Under the pieces are notes generated by a model. That model was not told the origin of the DNA and searched no databases. It saw nothing but the letters and a program-made list of their open reading frames with translations. Source: Eledone cirrhosa (Eukaryota). From it: a DNA stretch of 64,000 bases. Positions within the stretch are counted from its first letter, which is position 1, and the number at the start of each line of letters is the position of its first letter. The DNA is taken from the NCBI GenBank assembly GCA_964016885.1, contig OZ024744.1:64790001-64854000 (forward strand), written 5' to 3'. Both the position numbers and the translations under genes were made by a program. This document shows positions 63,861-64,000 of the stretch, in pieces.

Positions 63861-64000
63861 CGTTATTATAAATAGTTTATTTAGTTTCCTCCTTCATTCT
63901 TGTTGTTTAGTAATTGTTATGAAAATTAGACAGGTCATTAAATACATACACTTAGGTTCGCTGTTATTATCTGTGTGTATGTGTGCGTGTGCGTGTGTGT

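Overview
AT-rich, repeat-saturated animal genomic DNA. The SINE, RTE-LINE and microsatellite repertoire suggests an octopus/coleoid cephalopod (inference). I could not support any host protein-coding exon, so the window looks intronic or intergenic. It contains fossil or partial transposons of many classes: Chapaev3, maT (DD37D) mariner, hAT/piggyBac/Tc1/pogo MITEs, Helitrons, RTE, Tx1/L1, R4/Dong and CRE LINEs, a Penelope-like element, and about 30 copies of one tRNA-derived SINE. It also has large microsatellites and a ~34-copy 48-bp minisatellite. The most interesting signals are: (1) two co-varying variant hammerhead ribozymes in Penelope pseudo-LTRs; (2) an in-frame UGA at a zinc-finger Cys position of that Penelope, a possible selenocysteine (no SECIS seen); (3) an RTE LINE with a PHD finger inserted inside its reverse transcriptase; (4) a 48-nt GNRA-hairpin plus H-type-pseudoknot module tandemly repeated in that LINE's 3' UTR, which seeds minisatellites; (5) stitched multi-TE composites. 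Family names come from motif recognition by eye, not database searches.
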